A stretch of 64,000 nt of DNA from an uncultured Acidobacteriota bacterium (lineage in GTDB: Bacteria > Acidobacteriota > Terriglobia > Acidiferrales > UBA7541). The notes below the pieces were generated by a model. That model did no database searches and was not told the origin of the DNA. It was given only the letters and a program-made list of their open reading frames with translations. Positions 18,403 through 28,215 of the stretch are shown one piece after another. Positions within the stretch are counted from its first letter, which is position 1. Each line of letters starts with the position of its first letter. Location of the stretch: the NCBI GenBank assembly GCA_963828865.1, contig CAWHGI010000011.1:14263-78262 (forward strand). The letters run 5' to 3'. Made by a program: the position numbers and the translations under genes.

Positions 18403-19411
18403 TTGACTGAATGCCGCTTCACCTACTTCGTTTTCGGTCTCACCCTCCGTTCGAATGGGCCAATCCCTGAGTTATCGCTGACAACCCGCGCCGACGCTGT
18501 CGCCGACGTGCACGTCCACCTGAATCTTTCTCCCCTCGGAACCCGCATCCTCCCTTCCGATCCAGAGACGCTCACCTATACCAGTCCTTACCAAGATGAA
18601 TCCGGCAATTCCATGCTCCGAATCTGGAGTATCGCTGGTGGCAAATTCTGCCGGCTGGATTACGCCGACGGAACGCAATTCTGGCTGGACCGCGATGGAA
18701 CGGAAGTCTGGGCTACTTGGCGCGAAAATTCGACGATCGAAGATACGGCGACTTATCTATTGGGTCCCGTTCTCGGCCGGTTACTGCGCCTCCGCGGCGT
18801 GACCTGCCTGCATGCCAGCGCGGTGGCCTTCGGCGAACAAGCCGTCGCGATCGTCGGGCCCGCGGGCGCTGGAAAATCGACCACTGCAGCGGCGTTGGCG
18901 CTGCGCGGCCACGCGATTCTCTCCGACGACGTGGTCGCGCTCGCCGAGCGTGATCGGTCGTTCTATGTTCACTCCGCGTACCCTTATCTCTGTCTCTGGC
19001 CCGAGTCGGTGCGATCATCTACGGTTCGGCCGACGCTTTGCCGCAACTCAGCGCTAATTACGACAAACGCTGCTTGTCGCTCGGAAATCAGGAATTGCGG
19101 TTCGCGGAACGTCCCATGCAACTCACTGCGATCTATGTCTTGGGCGAGCGCCGCGGCGATCCTGCTCCTACAATCGAAGACCTTTCTCCGCAGCAAGCGT
19201 TTCTTTCGCTGTCTGGCCAACACCTTCGGGATGAACGTCGTGGATGGCAGCATGCGCGCCAAGGAATTCGAGATGCTCGGGCGCCTGCGTCCCGGCTGTG
19301 CGTATCCGTCAGATCTGGCCGCACGAAGACCCCAACCGCCTGCCCGAGCTGTGCCAACGAATTTGCGATGATGTCCAGGCAATAAGCTCGCGAAAACCGG
19401 CGCTCGCCTGA
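18403..19411 (+). pseudogene. HPr-kinase-like (HprK C-terminal domain) lasso-associated kinase, about 3 frame changes
   Basis: TTG start. The P-loop is VAIVGPAGAGKSTTAAALALRGHAILSDD. Segments read in frames 1,3,1,2: ...YLCLWPES / GAIIYGSADALPQLSANYDKRCLSLGNQELRF...QQAFLSL / VANTFGMNVVDGSMRAKEFEMLGRL / VRIRQIWPHEDPNRLPELCQRICDDV. Switches are at about 19008, 19210 and 19290. Confidence 0.7.
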
Positions 19412-19698
19412 TCGAATCCGCCGCATTTACGCCTATCCCACTGAGAGTGGCTCTTTGAATACCGCGTGGTGGAATATTTGGCCCTCTTCGGTTTGGCCGC
19501 CATTTACAGCTATGCTACTATCCCCGTTCAAATGGCGTGTCCGAACCCCATTAAACGGCGCTGGTGTCTGAGCCGGTGGGATAAACCGTCTTCAACAGCT
19601 CAATTTTCATACTCGTGTCTCGATTCCGACGCCACCAAACTCCCTTTTCACTCGCGGTATATCAGGCTTCAGAAATACAGAACATGAGGAGAACCTCC

Positions 19699-22600
19699 AT
19701 GCAGAAGAAATCCCCGCTGGGCAAGTTTGCAGCTTTTGTCGCGGTAGCATTGGTCATTTCCACTTTATTTATATTTGTCATGATCCACCATGGGCGCAGC
19801 GCGGCGCGCGCAGTCTCGTCGCAGTCGGCTGGCGCGGCCGCAACGAAGGCCGTGCCGGCAAACTTCGACTGGACCAAGTACGGCCAGCTTCCTCTCGAGT
19901 TTGAGGCCAATCAAGGCCAGACGGCCCCGGACGTTCGCTTCCTTTCACACGGTGACGGTTACACGCTGTTCCTCACCGGAGACGAAGCCGTCATGACCTT
20001 GCGACAACCCGCACCTGGTTCTGATTCGCGGCTTGGCCGCGCGAAATTCGGCAAAGGCCTCGCCACTCGCGGCTCTGCGGTAAAAGTCTCCGTTCTGCGC
20101 ATGCAGCTCGACGGCGCGAATCCGAACGCGACCGTGTCTGGCGTTGACCGCATGCCCACAAAAGTGAATTACTTCATCAGCAACGACCCGAAGAAGTGGC
20201 ACACCAACGTCCCGGCCTACTCCCAGGTGAAATACCAGGGCATCTATCCGGGCGTGGACCTGCTTTTCTACGGCAACCAGCGCCGCCTCGAATACGATTT
20301 CGTTGTTTCCCCTGGAGCCAATGCGAACCAGATCGCCCTCGATGTCAAAGGTGCGGACAAATTGCAACTCGATCAGAATGGCAACCTGCTGATGAGCGTG
20401 CGGGGCGGCAAAGTCGAGTTGCAGAAGCCGATTATTTATCAGGACGTGAATGGCCAACGCTGCGAGATCGCGGGAAACTACGCCATCACGAATAATCACG
20501 AAGTCCGCTTTGCAGTCTCGGACTATGACTACAACCGGCCACTCACGATCGACCCGGTTTTGAATTACGTCACCTACCTCGGTGGCACGGGGACCGACAC
20601 CGCTTTGGGAATCGCCTTGGATGCGGCGGGAGACGCCTATGTCGCTGGTGTAACTACATCAGCCACGGATTTTCCGACGATGAATCCCGAATCACCAGCG
20701 CCCGGCGACACTGCCTCATTGGGCACCGCATTTATTTCCGAGCTGAACCCCGGAGGCAGCGCGCTCATTTATTCCACATACCTCGGAGGCAGCGGCAATG
20801 GACTGCCAGCCGGAATGGGCGGCATAGGAGATTTGGCTACCGCCATCGCCGTGGACACAGCAACCCCGCCGAATATCTATGTGACCGGCTTTACAGGTTC
20901 TCCGGATTTTCCGGTGAGCACGAACGCCCTGATTGGAAGGCCTGGACCGGGCGGGACGAGCACCGGTGGGTCGGCTTCATAACCAAACTCACTCCATCCC
21001 TGATAGGGACCGCCCAACTTGCTTACTCCACCTATCTGGGTGGCAACACGGAAGACGAGGGAAATGGCATTGCGGTTGATGCCAGTGGCGACGCTTTCGT
21101 CACGGGACTAACGCTATCCACCGATTTCCCGACGACGACAAACGCATACTCTCAAACGGCTCTCAATCCGACGAATGGAGGCGCTTTTCTGACGGAAATC
21201 AATACCGTCACGGGCACGGACGTATATTCGACTTACTTCGGAGGAACAAACGGCGCAGGAAGCATTTACTTGTTCGGTGATGAGGCGTTTGGAATCACCG
21301 TGGACACTAGCTCGAACGCTTACATCGTGGGTACGACTACTTCGGCCGACTTTCCAACGGCCGGACACACCATCAGCTCCTGTACGACCGACACAGCCGG
21401 AATCGCGTTCGTTTCGGTGATTAACACCACCACTCCCGCGCTGACTTATCTCAACCTGTTTGGGCGGCGCGACTACCGAAACCCAGGGTCAGGCCATCAC
21501 GCTGGGCCCTGCGGGGATCGCTTACGTCACGGGTCAAACGACCTCGACAGATTTTCCGGTAACCGCGAATTCCATTCCGGCTCCGGCGGGCTTCGGCGCA
21601 GGCAACGGCGTGGTATTCGTCTCGCTCCTGAACACCACCAGCACCACGCCGAATCAGTATTCGACCCTGTTGGGCGGGAACAACGGCGACATCGGCCTAT
21701 GGCATCGCCGCCGATTCCACGGGCAATGCGTACGTTGGTGGCTCTACGGGCTCAGCCGATTTTCCGCTCACATCTGGCGCGCTGATTCAGTCCAGGAATA
21801 ACGCGTTTGGCACAGGCTTCGTTTCAAAGATCAATCCTGGCGGAAACGGACAGGCCGACTTGCTTTACTCCAGTTACTTTGGAGGCAACGGAGTCGGCGG
21901 TACATTCGACGCGGCTTATGGCGATCGGACGTTTCCGGCACGAACGCGTAATCACCGGTCAAACGGCCTCTTCCGATTTGCCGGTGACCAGCGGCGCATA
22001 TCCAGTCACGCTCAAGAGTACGACGCACGAACGCGTTTGTCGCCGATTTGCCTCTGGTTCCAACGATCTCCGTCTCCCCGACCAGCCTTCCTTTCGGAAC
22101 GCAACTGGTCGGCGACAACAACCGCCCGCGATGTTCGTCACGCTCACGAACAACACGTGATCGGCGATCACGCTGACGATTCCGGCCACAATCAGCGGGA
22201 CGAATCCCGCGGATTTCGCGGAGTCTGCTGGCACTTGCGTGGCCTCGCTGCCTGCAGCAGCCAGCTGCACGATCGGCGCCACGTTCACGCCTGCTGCGGC
22301 TCAAGCGTATATCCGCGACGCTGAAAATCGCGTACACCTTCAGCGGCATCACAGGCACCACGTCTTCAGGTCCCGCTCACTGGAACGGGCAGCACGACCA
22401 TCGCTGCAATCGGCTTCAGCCCCTCCAGCCTCACGTTCGCCGGCCAGCTCCTCACCACCACGAGCGCCGGACAAACCCTCACAGTCAGCAACCCGAGCAC
22501 CGCTAATGCGCTCACGATCACTGCGATCACCGCCAGCACCGACTACACCATCGCCTCGAATTCCTGCGGCGCGGTGCCAATCACCATCGCTGAGTCGCCA

Positions 22601-23222
22601 GGCGGGACGCCCTGCATGTTGAGCATCACATTCAATCCCAGCGCCACCAGCGCGCCAGGTGCGGACAACGGCACGATCATGTTCACCGACAACGCCAATG
22701 GCAGCCCGCAATCGTTCACGCTGAACGGCACCGCCTGGGACTTCTCGGTCACGGCCGGCAGTGCAAGCGTCGCCAAGGGTGCCATGGGCACTTTCCCCGT
22801 GACCATCACCGGACTCGGCGGATTCACCGGCATGGTCTCTTTCACGTGCACGCCCGGCAGCACGCTAGTTACCGCGTGCGCCGTGCCGACTACCAGCGCG
22901 GCGGCCGCACCCGGAGCCATGGTCAACGGAACGCTCACGGCGGCTTCCTTCGTCGTCGCCGCCGGAGTCCATGAAGGTTCCGCCCACAGCCACGCCGCAA
23001 CAGCTGCTCCTCGTGATGCTGGCGATCGCTCTGCTGTTCATGATCCCCGCAACACGACGCTTCCGCACTCGCATGGGGATGGCTGGAGCGATGCTAGTGT
23101 TTATCATGGTGGCAGGCTGCAGCGGAAACGGCCCGAAGCCCAAGACCACAACGCTGACAGTTACACCGTCGTCCGGTGGCGTCACCAAGCCGGCCATCAC
23201 GGTGAACGTCACCATCACATAG
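19699..23222 (+). pseudogene. Large secreted SBBP-repeat (beta-propeller) and choice-of-anchor-D/HYDIN-like surface protein, about 10 frame changes plus one in-frame TGA
   Basis: Signal/anchor MQKKSPLGKFAAFVAVALVISTLF and LPLEFEANQGQTAPDVRFLSHGDGYTLFLT. There are repeated YSTYLGG...G.AVD..G.AYV.G.T.S.DFP units, then SLPFGTQLVG...VTLTNNT...ADFAESAGTC...SCTIGATFTP modules, and a C-terminal TM segment LLLVMLAIALLFMIP. The frame order is 1,3,1,2,1,3,1,3,1,2,3, with a TGA at 22158-22160 inside VTLTNNT*SAITL. Confidence 0.7.
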
Positions 23223-23247
23223 CGAGAATCGTTCTCCAACAAACTCG

Positions 23248-23293
23248 GGCCGCGCGTTCTGGTCTTCCAGGCCGCGCGGCCTTTATTCTTTCT
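23248..23293 (+). terminator. Rho-independent terminator
   Basis: GGCCGCGCG (23248-56) pairs with CGCGCGGCC (23273-81), followed by TTTATTCTTTCT, 26 nt after the stop at 23222. Confidence 0.55.
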
Positions 23294-23541
23294 ACTCGCA
23301 ATCTCAGCTGACTCGCGCAATGTTTTCGATTTTTTGCCAATTATTCGGTCCGCGAGAGATTTGCCCAACCACCCGAACCTTCACGAAATCGAAGTTTTTC
23401 GCCCGGCACACTACCCATAACCCGCCTTTCCATCTATTCTAAGTGCCGCCGCGCGCCAACGAATTACGGGCTATCTCGCATCTGAAACACTCGCGGAACG
23501 AAGCACTCTAAAACCACCACATTCACTGGAGGATGCGGTTG

Positions 23542-24193
23542 ATGAAAAAAGTAGCGGGGATTCTGTTGTTGACGGCGCTTTTCTGTGGCCACGCCATGGC
23601 CCAGGAAAATTCGATGTTCAAGCCGAATCTCTCGAAGCTCAAGCCTCGCAAGCCTGAGCGCGCGAAATTTGAACTCGGTGCCGGATACACCTATCGCTCG
23701 TTCCTGGAGCCTTCCCCTCATCCGCCCAATCTAAGCAACCGGCTGAACATGAATGGATTCAACGTCCATGGCGAATACCGCATCTTCCGCTGGCTCAGCG
23801 CCGCCGGCGATATTTCCGGCGCATATAACATCAGCTCGATCAACGGCAACACCCAGATGTACACGTTGATGTTCGGTCCCGAATTCTATCCTCTCGGCCA
23901 CCGTCACAAAATCACTCCTTTTGGTCACTGTACTCTTTGGCGAGGGCTTTTCCGTTTACAATCTCGCAAGCCAGGGCGGCTTTGCCTCGGTGAGTCATTG
24001 GGATAACGGTTACCTCTGGATGGCTGGCGGCGGCCTCGACGTCCGCTTCAAAAAGCGCTGGGCCATTCGCCTGATTGATGCCGATTACGAGATCACGCAT
24101 TTTGGCAACGTCGGCACCGGAAGCTACGGTGGGACCAGCCAGGGAAATTATCGCATCTCGGTCGGCTTGATCTACCGCTTCGGCGTGAAGTAG
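23542..24193 (+). pseudogene. Outer-membrane beta-barrel protein (OmpA-like/porin family), one frame change
   Basis: MKKVAGILLLTALFCGHAMAQ signal with GGAGG 9 nt upstream. The N-terminal part runs to ...HRHKITPFGH. It continues in another frame as VLFGEGFSVYNLA...GNYRISVGLIYRFGVK, which ends in a terminal aromatic-rich strand. The switch is at about 23925-23932. Confidence 0.6.
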
Positions 24194-24329
24194 CTCGCGC
24201 GGGTTTCACGGTGTGGCTAAGATAGCGTCTGCGCGCCGGTTGGCCGTGAAGATGCTACGAACTCCTCGCCCGCTCTGATTTAACATTGGTCTTGCGAAAG
24301 GACCGCTAGTCGTAGGAGATTACCCCACC

Positions 24330-25628
24330 GTGGAGCAAACCATTGGCGAAGGCCGCTCGCGGCTGTTGATTTTGCCGGTGGCTCTCGCGTGCGGCACTTT
24401 CCTGTGCTATCAAGCCGCGCGGCTCTGGCTCGCCGACCATCGCATTCATTCCAGCAAACTCGAAGTCATCGAGAATGGCGCGGCGCTCGAGCCCGGCGAC
24501 GCCGAAGCCTGGGACATCCTGGGCCGCCATCGCCAGCTCGATTTCGCCAATGCCGATCCTGTCCAAGCTCTCGCGAATTATCAGCACGCGATCCATGACG
24601 ATCCGCTTTCTGCGAACTACTGGATGAATCTTGCGGGCGCCTACGAGGCGAATGACGATCTGAAAGGCGCGCAAGAAGCATTTGAACACGCCCGCGCCGT
24701 CTATCCGCTCTCCGCGGAAGTCGCCTGGAACTACGGCAATTTTCTGCTGCGCCAAGATCAGGACGCCGCCGGTTATGCCCAAATCCGCCACGCAGTTCAA
24801 TCCGACCCGTCGTTTCTCACTCTCGCGATTTCGCGGGTGTGGCGCTCCAGCCACGACGTGAATATTCTGCTCGACCAAGTCCTGCCCGCGAATGCCGACG
24901 CCTATTTTCAAGCGATCAATTTCTTCGCCTCCATTCGCCAGCCCGACCCAGCGCTAATCGTTTGGCGCCGCTTCGTCGCTCTTGGGAAACCGTTCGCGCT
25001 CCCGCGCGTGTTTCCTTTTCTTGACGAACTGATCGTGGCTGACCGGTCCAGCGACGCAGCCCGCGTATGGGTCGAGGCCCTCACCGCGGGAGGTCTGCCC
25101 CACGACCCACCCTTGAAGCACTCGCTCATCTGGAATGGTGATTTTGCCCACGATTTTGAAAATGGCGGGCTCGGATGGCGATGGAACGCACCGGTCGGTG
25201 CCGCGATCGATTTTGACACCCCTCCTCCTTCTGCAGGGGTCCGCTCGGTGCGCCTGGATTTCGGCGGAGGCAGCAACCTGGAAATCACGGAGCCGCTGCA
25301 GTTCGTGGCCGTCGAACCCGCTCGCAAATATCATTTCCACGCCTATATGGAGACCGAAGGAATCTCCACCGAAAGCGGCATGCGTCTCTCGATTAGCGAC
25401 CCCAATCACAACGCCGTGGTGAACCTGTTGACCGAAAATCTGACGGGTTCGCACAAATGGACCGCGATTGACTTGGACCTGACGACGGGACCGGATACTC
25501 ATTTCCTTGTGGTGCACCTCTACCGCACTGCCAGCCGCTTATTTGAAAATAAGCTGAGCGGCACGGTCTGGCTCGCCGACGTTACGTTGATTCCCGCTGA
25601 CGCCCAGCCGGGGAACGCTCCGCAATGA
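24330..25628 (+). CDS. TPR-repeat membrane-anchored protein with a C-terminal beta-rich (carbohydrate-binding-like) domain
   Basis: GTG start and an N-terminal TM segment LLILPVALACGTFLCY. TPR-like repeats follow (AEAWDILG..., ANYWMNLAGAYEANDDLKGAQEAFEHA...). The stop overlaps the next gene (ATGA). Confidence 0.55.
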   Translation: MEQTIGEGRSRLLILPVALACGTFLCYQAARLWLADHRIHSSKLEVIENGAALEPGDAEAWDILGRHRQLDFANADPVQALANYQHAIHDDPLSANYWMNLAGAYEANDDLKGAQEAFEHARAVYPLSAEVAWNYGNFLLRQDQDAAGYAQIRHAVQSDPSFLTLAISRVWRSSHDVNILLDQVLPANADAYFQAINFFASIRQPDPALIVWRRFVALGKPFALPRVFPFLDELIVADRSSDAARVWVEALTAGGLPHDPPLKHSLIWNGDFAHDFENGGLGWRWNAPVGAAIDFDTPPPSAGVRSVRLDFGGGSNLEITEPLQFVAVEPARKYHFHAYMETEGISTESGMRLSISDPNHNAVVNLLTENLTGSHKWTAIDLDLTTGPDTHFLVVHLYRTASRLFENKLSGTVWLADVTLIPADAQPGNAPQ

Positions 25629-26920
25629 ATTTCATTCGCGCCGGACTCTTGCTCTTGTTTGCGTTTGCCGTGCTGGCGTTCGGCGCCGTGGAAGTGTGGT
25701 CCGCGTCGCTTCTGGAAATAGGAGCCGGCATTTTATTCGTCGGCTGGGCCGCGATTGTTTATCTCGATCCCGCCGCAAAAATCGAATGGAATCCTTTGAA
25801 CTGGCCCCTCGCCGGCTTTATCGCCATCGGCCTGATTCAACTGGCGTTCCACCTCACACCCTATCCGTTCCTCACTCGCGTCGAATTGCTGAAGCTGGCC
25901 GCCTACTTCCTGATCTTTTTTCTCTCGACACAAGCCTTTCGCCAGCGCGGCGATCTCACGAATCTCGCGTGGTTTCTCATTTTTCTTTGTTTCTTCGTCT
26001 CGCTGCTCGGAATTATTCAGCACTTCACCACCGAAACGAAGCTGTACGGATTCCGCGCCCTCAGTGAAGGTGGCGATCCCTTTGGTCCATTCGTAAATCG
26101 CAACGATTTCGCGGGCTTCGTCGAGCTCACGCTCCCCGCCGGTCTGGCGCTGATGATTTTCCGCGGTTTGCGCGGCGACATGTTTCCGCTCGCCGGCCTG
26201 CTCACCATCGTTCCCACGGGCGCCATGGTTCTCTCCGGCTCGCGCGGCGGCATCGTCAGCTTCGGCTTTGAGATCGCGGTGCTCGCGTTGCTGGCGCGGT
26301 CGCGGAAAGGTCCGCACGGCCCGCGGCTCGCGGCACTCGCCATCGTAGGATTGGCTGCTCTGGCTCTGGTGATATGGCTCGGCGCTGGCAAAGCTCTCGA
26401 ACGCTTTTCCACTTTGCATTCTGGCGACGTTTCGCTTTCCCGCCGCGCCACCATGGTTCACGGCGCCGCCCACATGTTCTTCGACCATCCCGTCGCCGGC
26501 ACCGGCGTTGGGTCGCTGGTAGCCGTCTATCCGCGGTACGAAACCCTATACGACGGCAAAGTTGTGGACCACGTCCACAACGACTACATGGAAATGCTCG
26601 CGGAAACCGGAATTCTGGGCGCATTCTGCGGCCTCGTATTTCTCTGGCTCTTGTTCCGCCATGCGCGCAACTGCTTTGCGGCGGAGCAGGGCCATTTCTC
26701 GCGCGCCATTCACGCCGGAGCAATCGCCGCGCTCTGTGGGCTGCTGCTGCACAGCCTGGTGGACTTCAACCTGCACATTCCATCTAACGCGCTGCTGTTT
26801 CTGTTGCAAGCGCATCTCGCCACCACCACCCCATTGCCGTCCGAAGGAGCCCCCACGCGCCGACGGACGCGCGCGCCCGACCGCGATATCGGCGACGAAA
26901 GGGAGCACGCCCTTCCGTAA
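25625..26920 (+). CDS. O-antigen ligase/polymerase family (Wzy_C domain) membrane protein
   Basis: 431 aa and polytopic, with a Wzy_C-type periplasmic loop motif ...GVGSLVAVYPRYE...DHVHNDYMEMLAETGILG. Confidence 0.8.
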   Translation: MNFIRAGLLLLFAFAVLAFGAVEVWSASLLEIGAGILFVGWAAIVYLDPAAKIEWNPLNWPLAGFIAIGLIQLAFHLTPYPFLTRVELLKLAAYFLIFFLSTQAFRQRGDLTNLAWFLIFLCFFVSLLGIIQHFTTETKLYGFRALSEGGDPFGPFVNRNDFAGFVELTLPAGLALMIFRGLRGDMFPLAGLLTIVPTGAMVLSGSRGGIVSFGFEIAVLALLARSRKGPHGPRLAALAIVGLAALALVIWLGAGKALERFSTLHSGDVSLSRRATMVHGAAHMFFDHPVAGTGVGSLVAVYPRYETLYDGKVVDHVHNDYMEMLAETGILGAFCGLVFLWLLFRHARNCFAAEQGHFSRAIHAGAIAALCGLLLHSLVDFNLHIPSNALLFLLQAHLATTTPLPSEGAPTRRRTRAPDRDIGDEREHALP

Positions 26921-27087
26921 GTGGTCGTGCCCCTTGCATAACTGTCTTGCCGTACCCGCACAACTCTTGGGAACTTTCAGAGATCGTTAATTTGTTTGGG
27001 CGTCATAGGTGCGTTGGCAAGTTGGTCTTCGCTGGTTGACAGCGGTACTCAGGGTAAGGGATAGTCTTTCTGGGGTTTTCTATCGCT

Positions 27088-28152
27088 ATGATAAGGACCG
27101 TCCGAGCCATATCGGACTGGCTCACAGTGAAGCTCGTCTTGATAGTGCCGGTGCTCTTGTGGTGTAGCCCTGCGGCCTTGCACGCCCAGCAAAAGACCGA
27201 GACTCCGCAGCAGACTAACCAGAAAATTCAGGAGCTCGCGACACTCGCCAAGTCTCAGCCGCGCGACGTCCCGATCGGGACGGGCGACTTGCTGCACATT
27301 GACGTTTTCGACGTCCCGGAACTTTCCCGGGACGTTCGGGTTAGCGAGCTAGGGGATATTACCTATCCTCTGATCCCCGGAAAGATTCAGGTAGCAGGAC
27401 TCACGCCTTTCCAGCTCGAAGAAAAGATGCAACAGCTCTTGATTGAAAATGGCTTGGTAACTCATCCACAAGTTTCTGTCTTCATGAAGGAGCAGAATAG
27501 CCAGCCAGTTTCTGTTGTCGGAGCAGTAGGTAGACCCATGGTTTACCAGATCCTTCGGCCCACGACTCTGCTGGAGTTGCTCGCCAACGCCGGCGGAATC
27601 ACCGACGAAGCGGGAAGCGTCGTGTTGATCACTCGTGCGACGGGCGTGCCAGCTCCGAGGACTGTCTCTGCTTCATCGGACGAGACACCGCCCCAAAACT
27701 CCCAGACCATCTCGATTCGCTTGCAGGACCTGCTGGAATCCGGCGATCCGTCGTTCAACATTCAAGTCCTCGGGGGCGATGTGGTTTCCGTGCCACGCGC
27801 CGGCATCGTATATGTGATGGGCGGGGGGATTACGCAGCCCGGCGGCTATGTTCTGCAAAGCCACGGGGAACAGATCAGTGTGCTGAAAGCGATTGCGTTG
27901 GCCCACGGCACCACCGGTTTTGCGAAGGCGGATGACGCGGTCATCATGCGCAACAATCCCCTCACCGGCCAGAGAGATGTGATCCCGGTGCACGTTAAGC
28001 AAATTGAACACCGCAAGGCCGAAGACGTCGCCATGAAGTCGAATGACATCCTGTACATCCCGGACAGCCTCGGTAAGAAAGTATTGGCGCGAGGCGCCGA
28101 GGCCGCGGTCGGAGTGGGTACTTCCGTCGCCATCTACCGGACGGCGTACTGA
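27088..28152 (+). CDS. wza: Polysaccharide export protein (Wza-like; Poly_export + SLBB)
   Basis: IGTGDLLHIDVFDVPELSRDVRVSELGDITYPLIPGKIQVAGLTPFQLEE (Poly_export) followed by SLBB-like repeats. Confidence 0.85.
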   Translation: MIRTVRAISDWLTVKLVLIVPVLLWCSPAALHAQQKTETPQQTNQKIQELATLAKSQPRDVPIGTGDLLHIDVFDVPELSRDVRVSELGDITYPLIPGKIQVAGLTPFQLEEKMQQLLIENGLVTHPQVSVFMKEQNSQPVSVVGAVGRPMVYQILRPTTLLELLANAGGITDEAGSVVLITRATGVPAPRTVSASSDETPPQNSQTISIRLQDLLESGDPSFNIQVLGGDVVSVPRAGIVYVMGGGITQPGGYVLQSHGEQISVLKAIALAHGTTGFAKADDAVIMRNNPLTGQRDVIPVHVKQIEHRKAEDVAMKSNDILYIPDSLGKKVLARGAEAAVGVGTSVAIYRTAY

Positions 28153-28215
28153 GTGATGCTTACGGATCGTGCACGCAAACCGCCCGCCGGCGGAGCCACA
28201 AAGGTGAAGGGGTAA

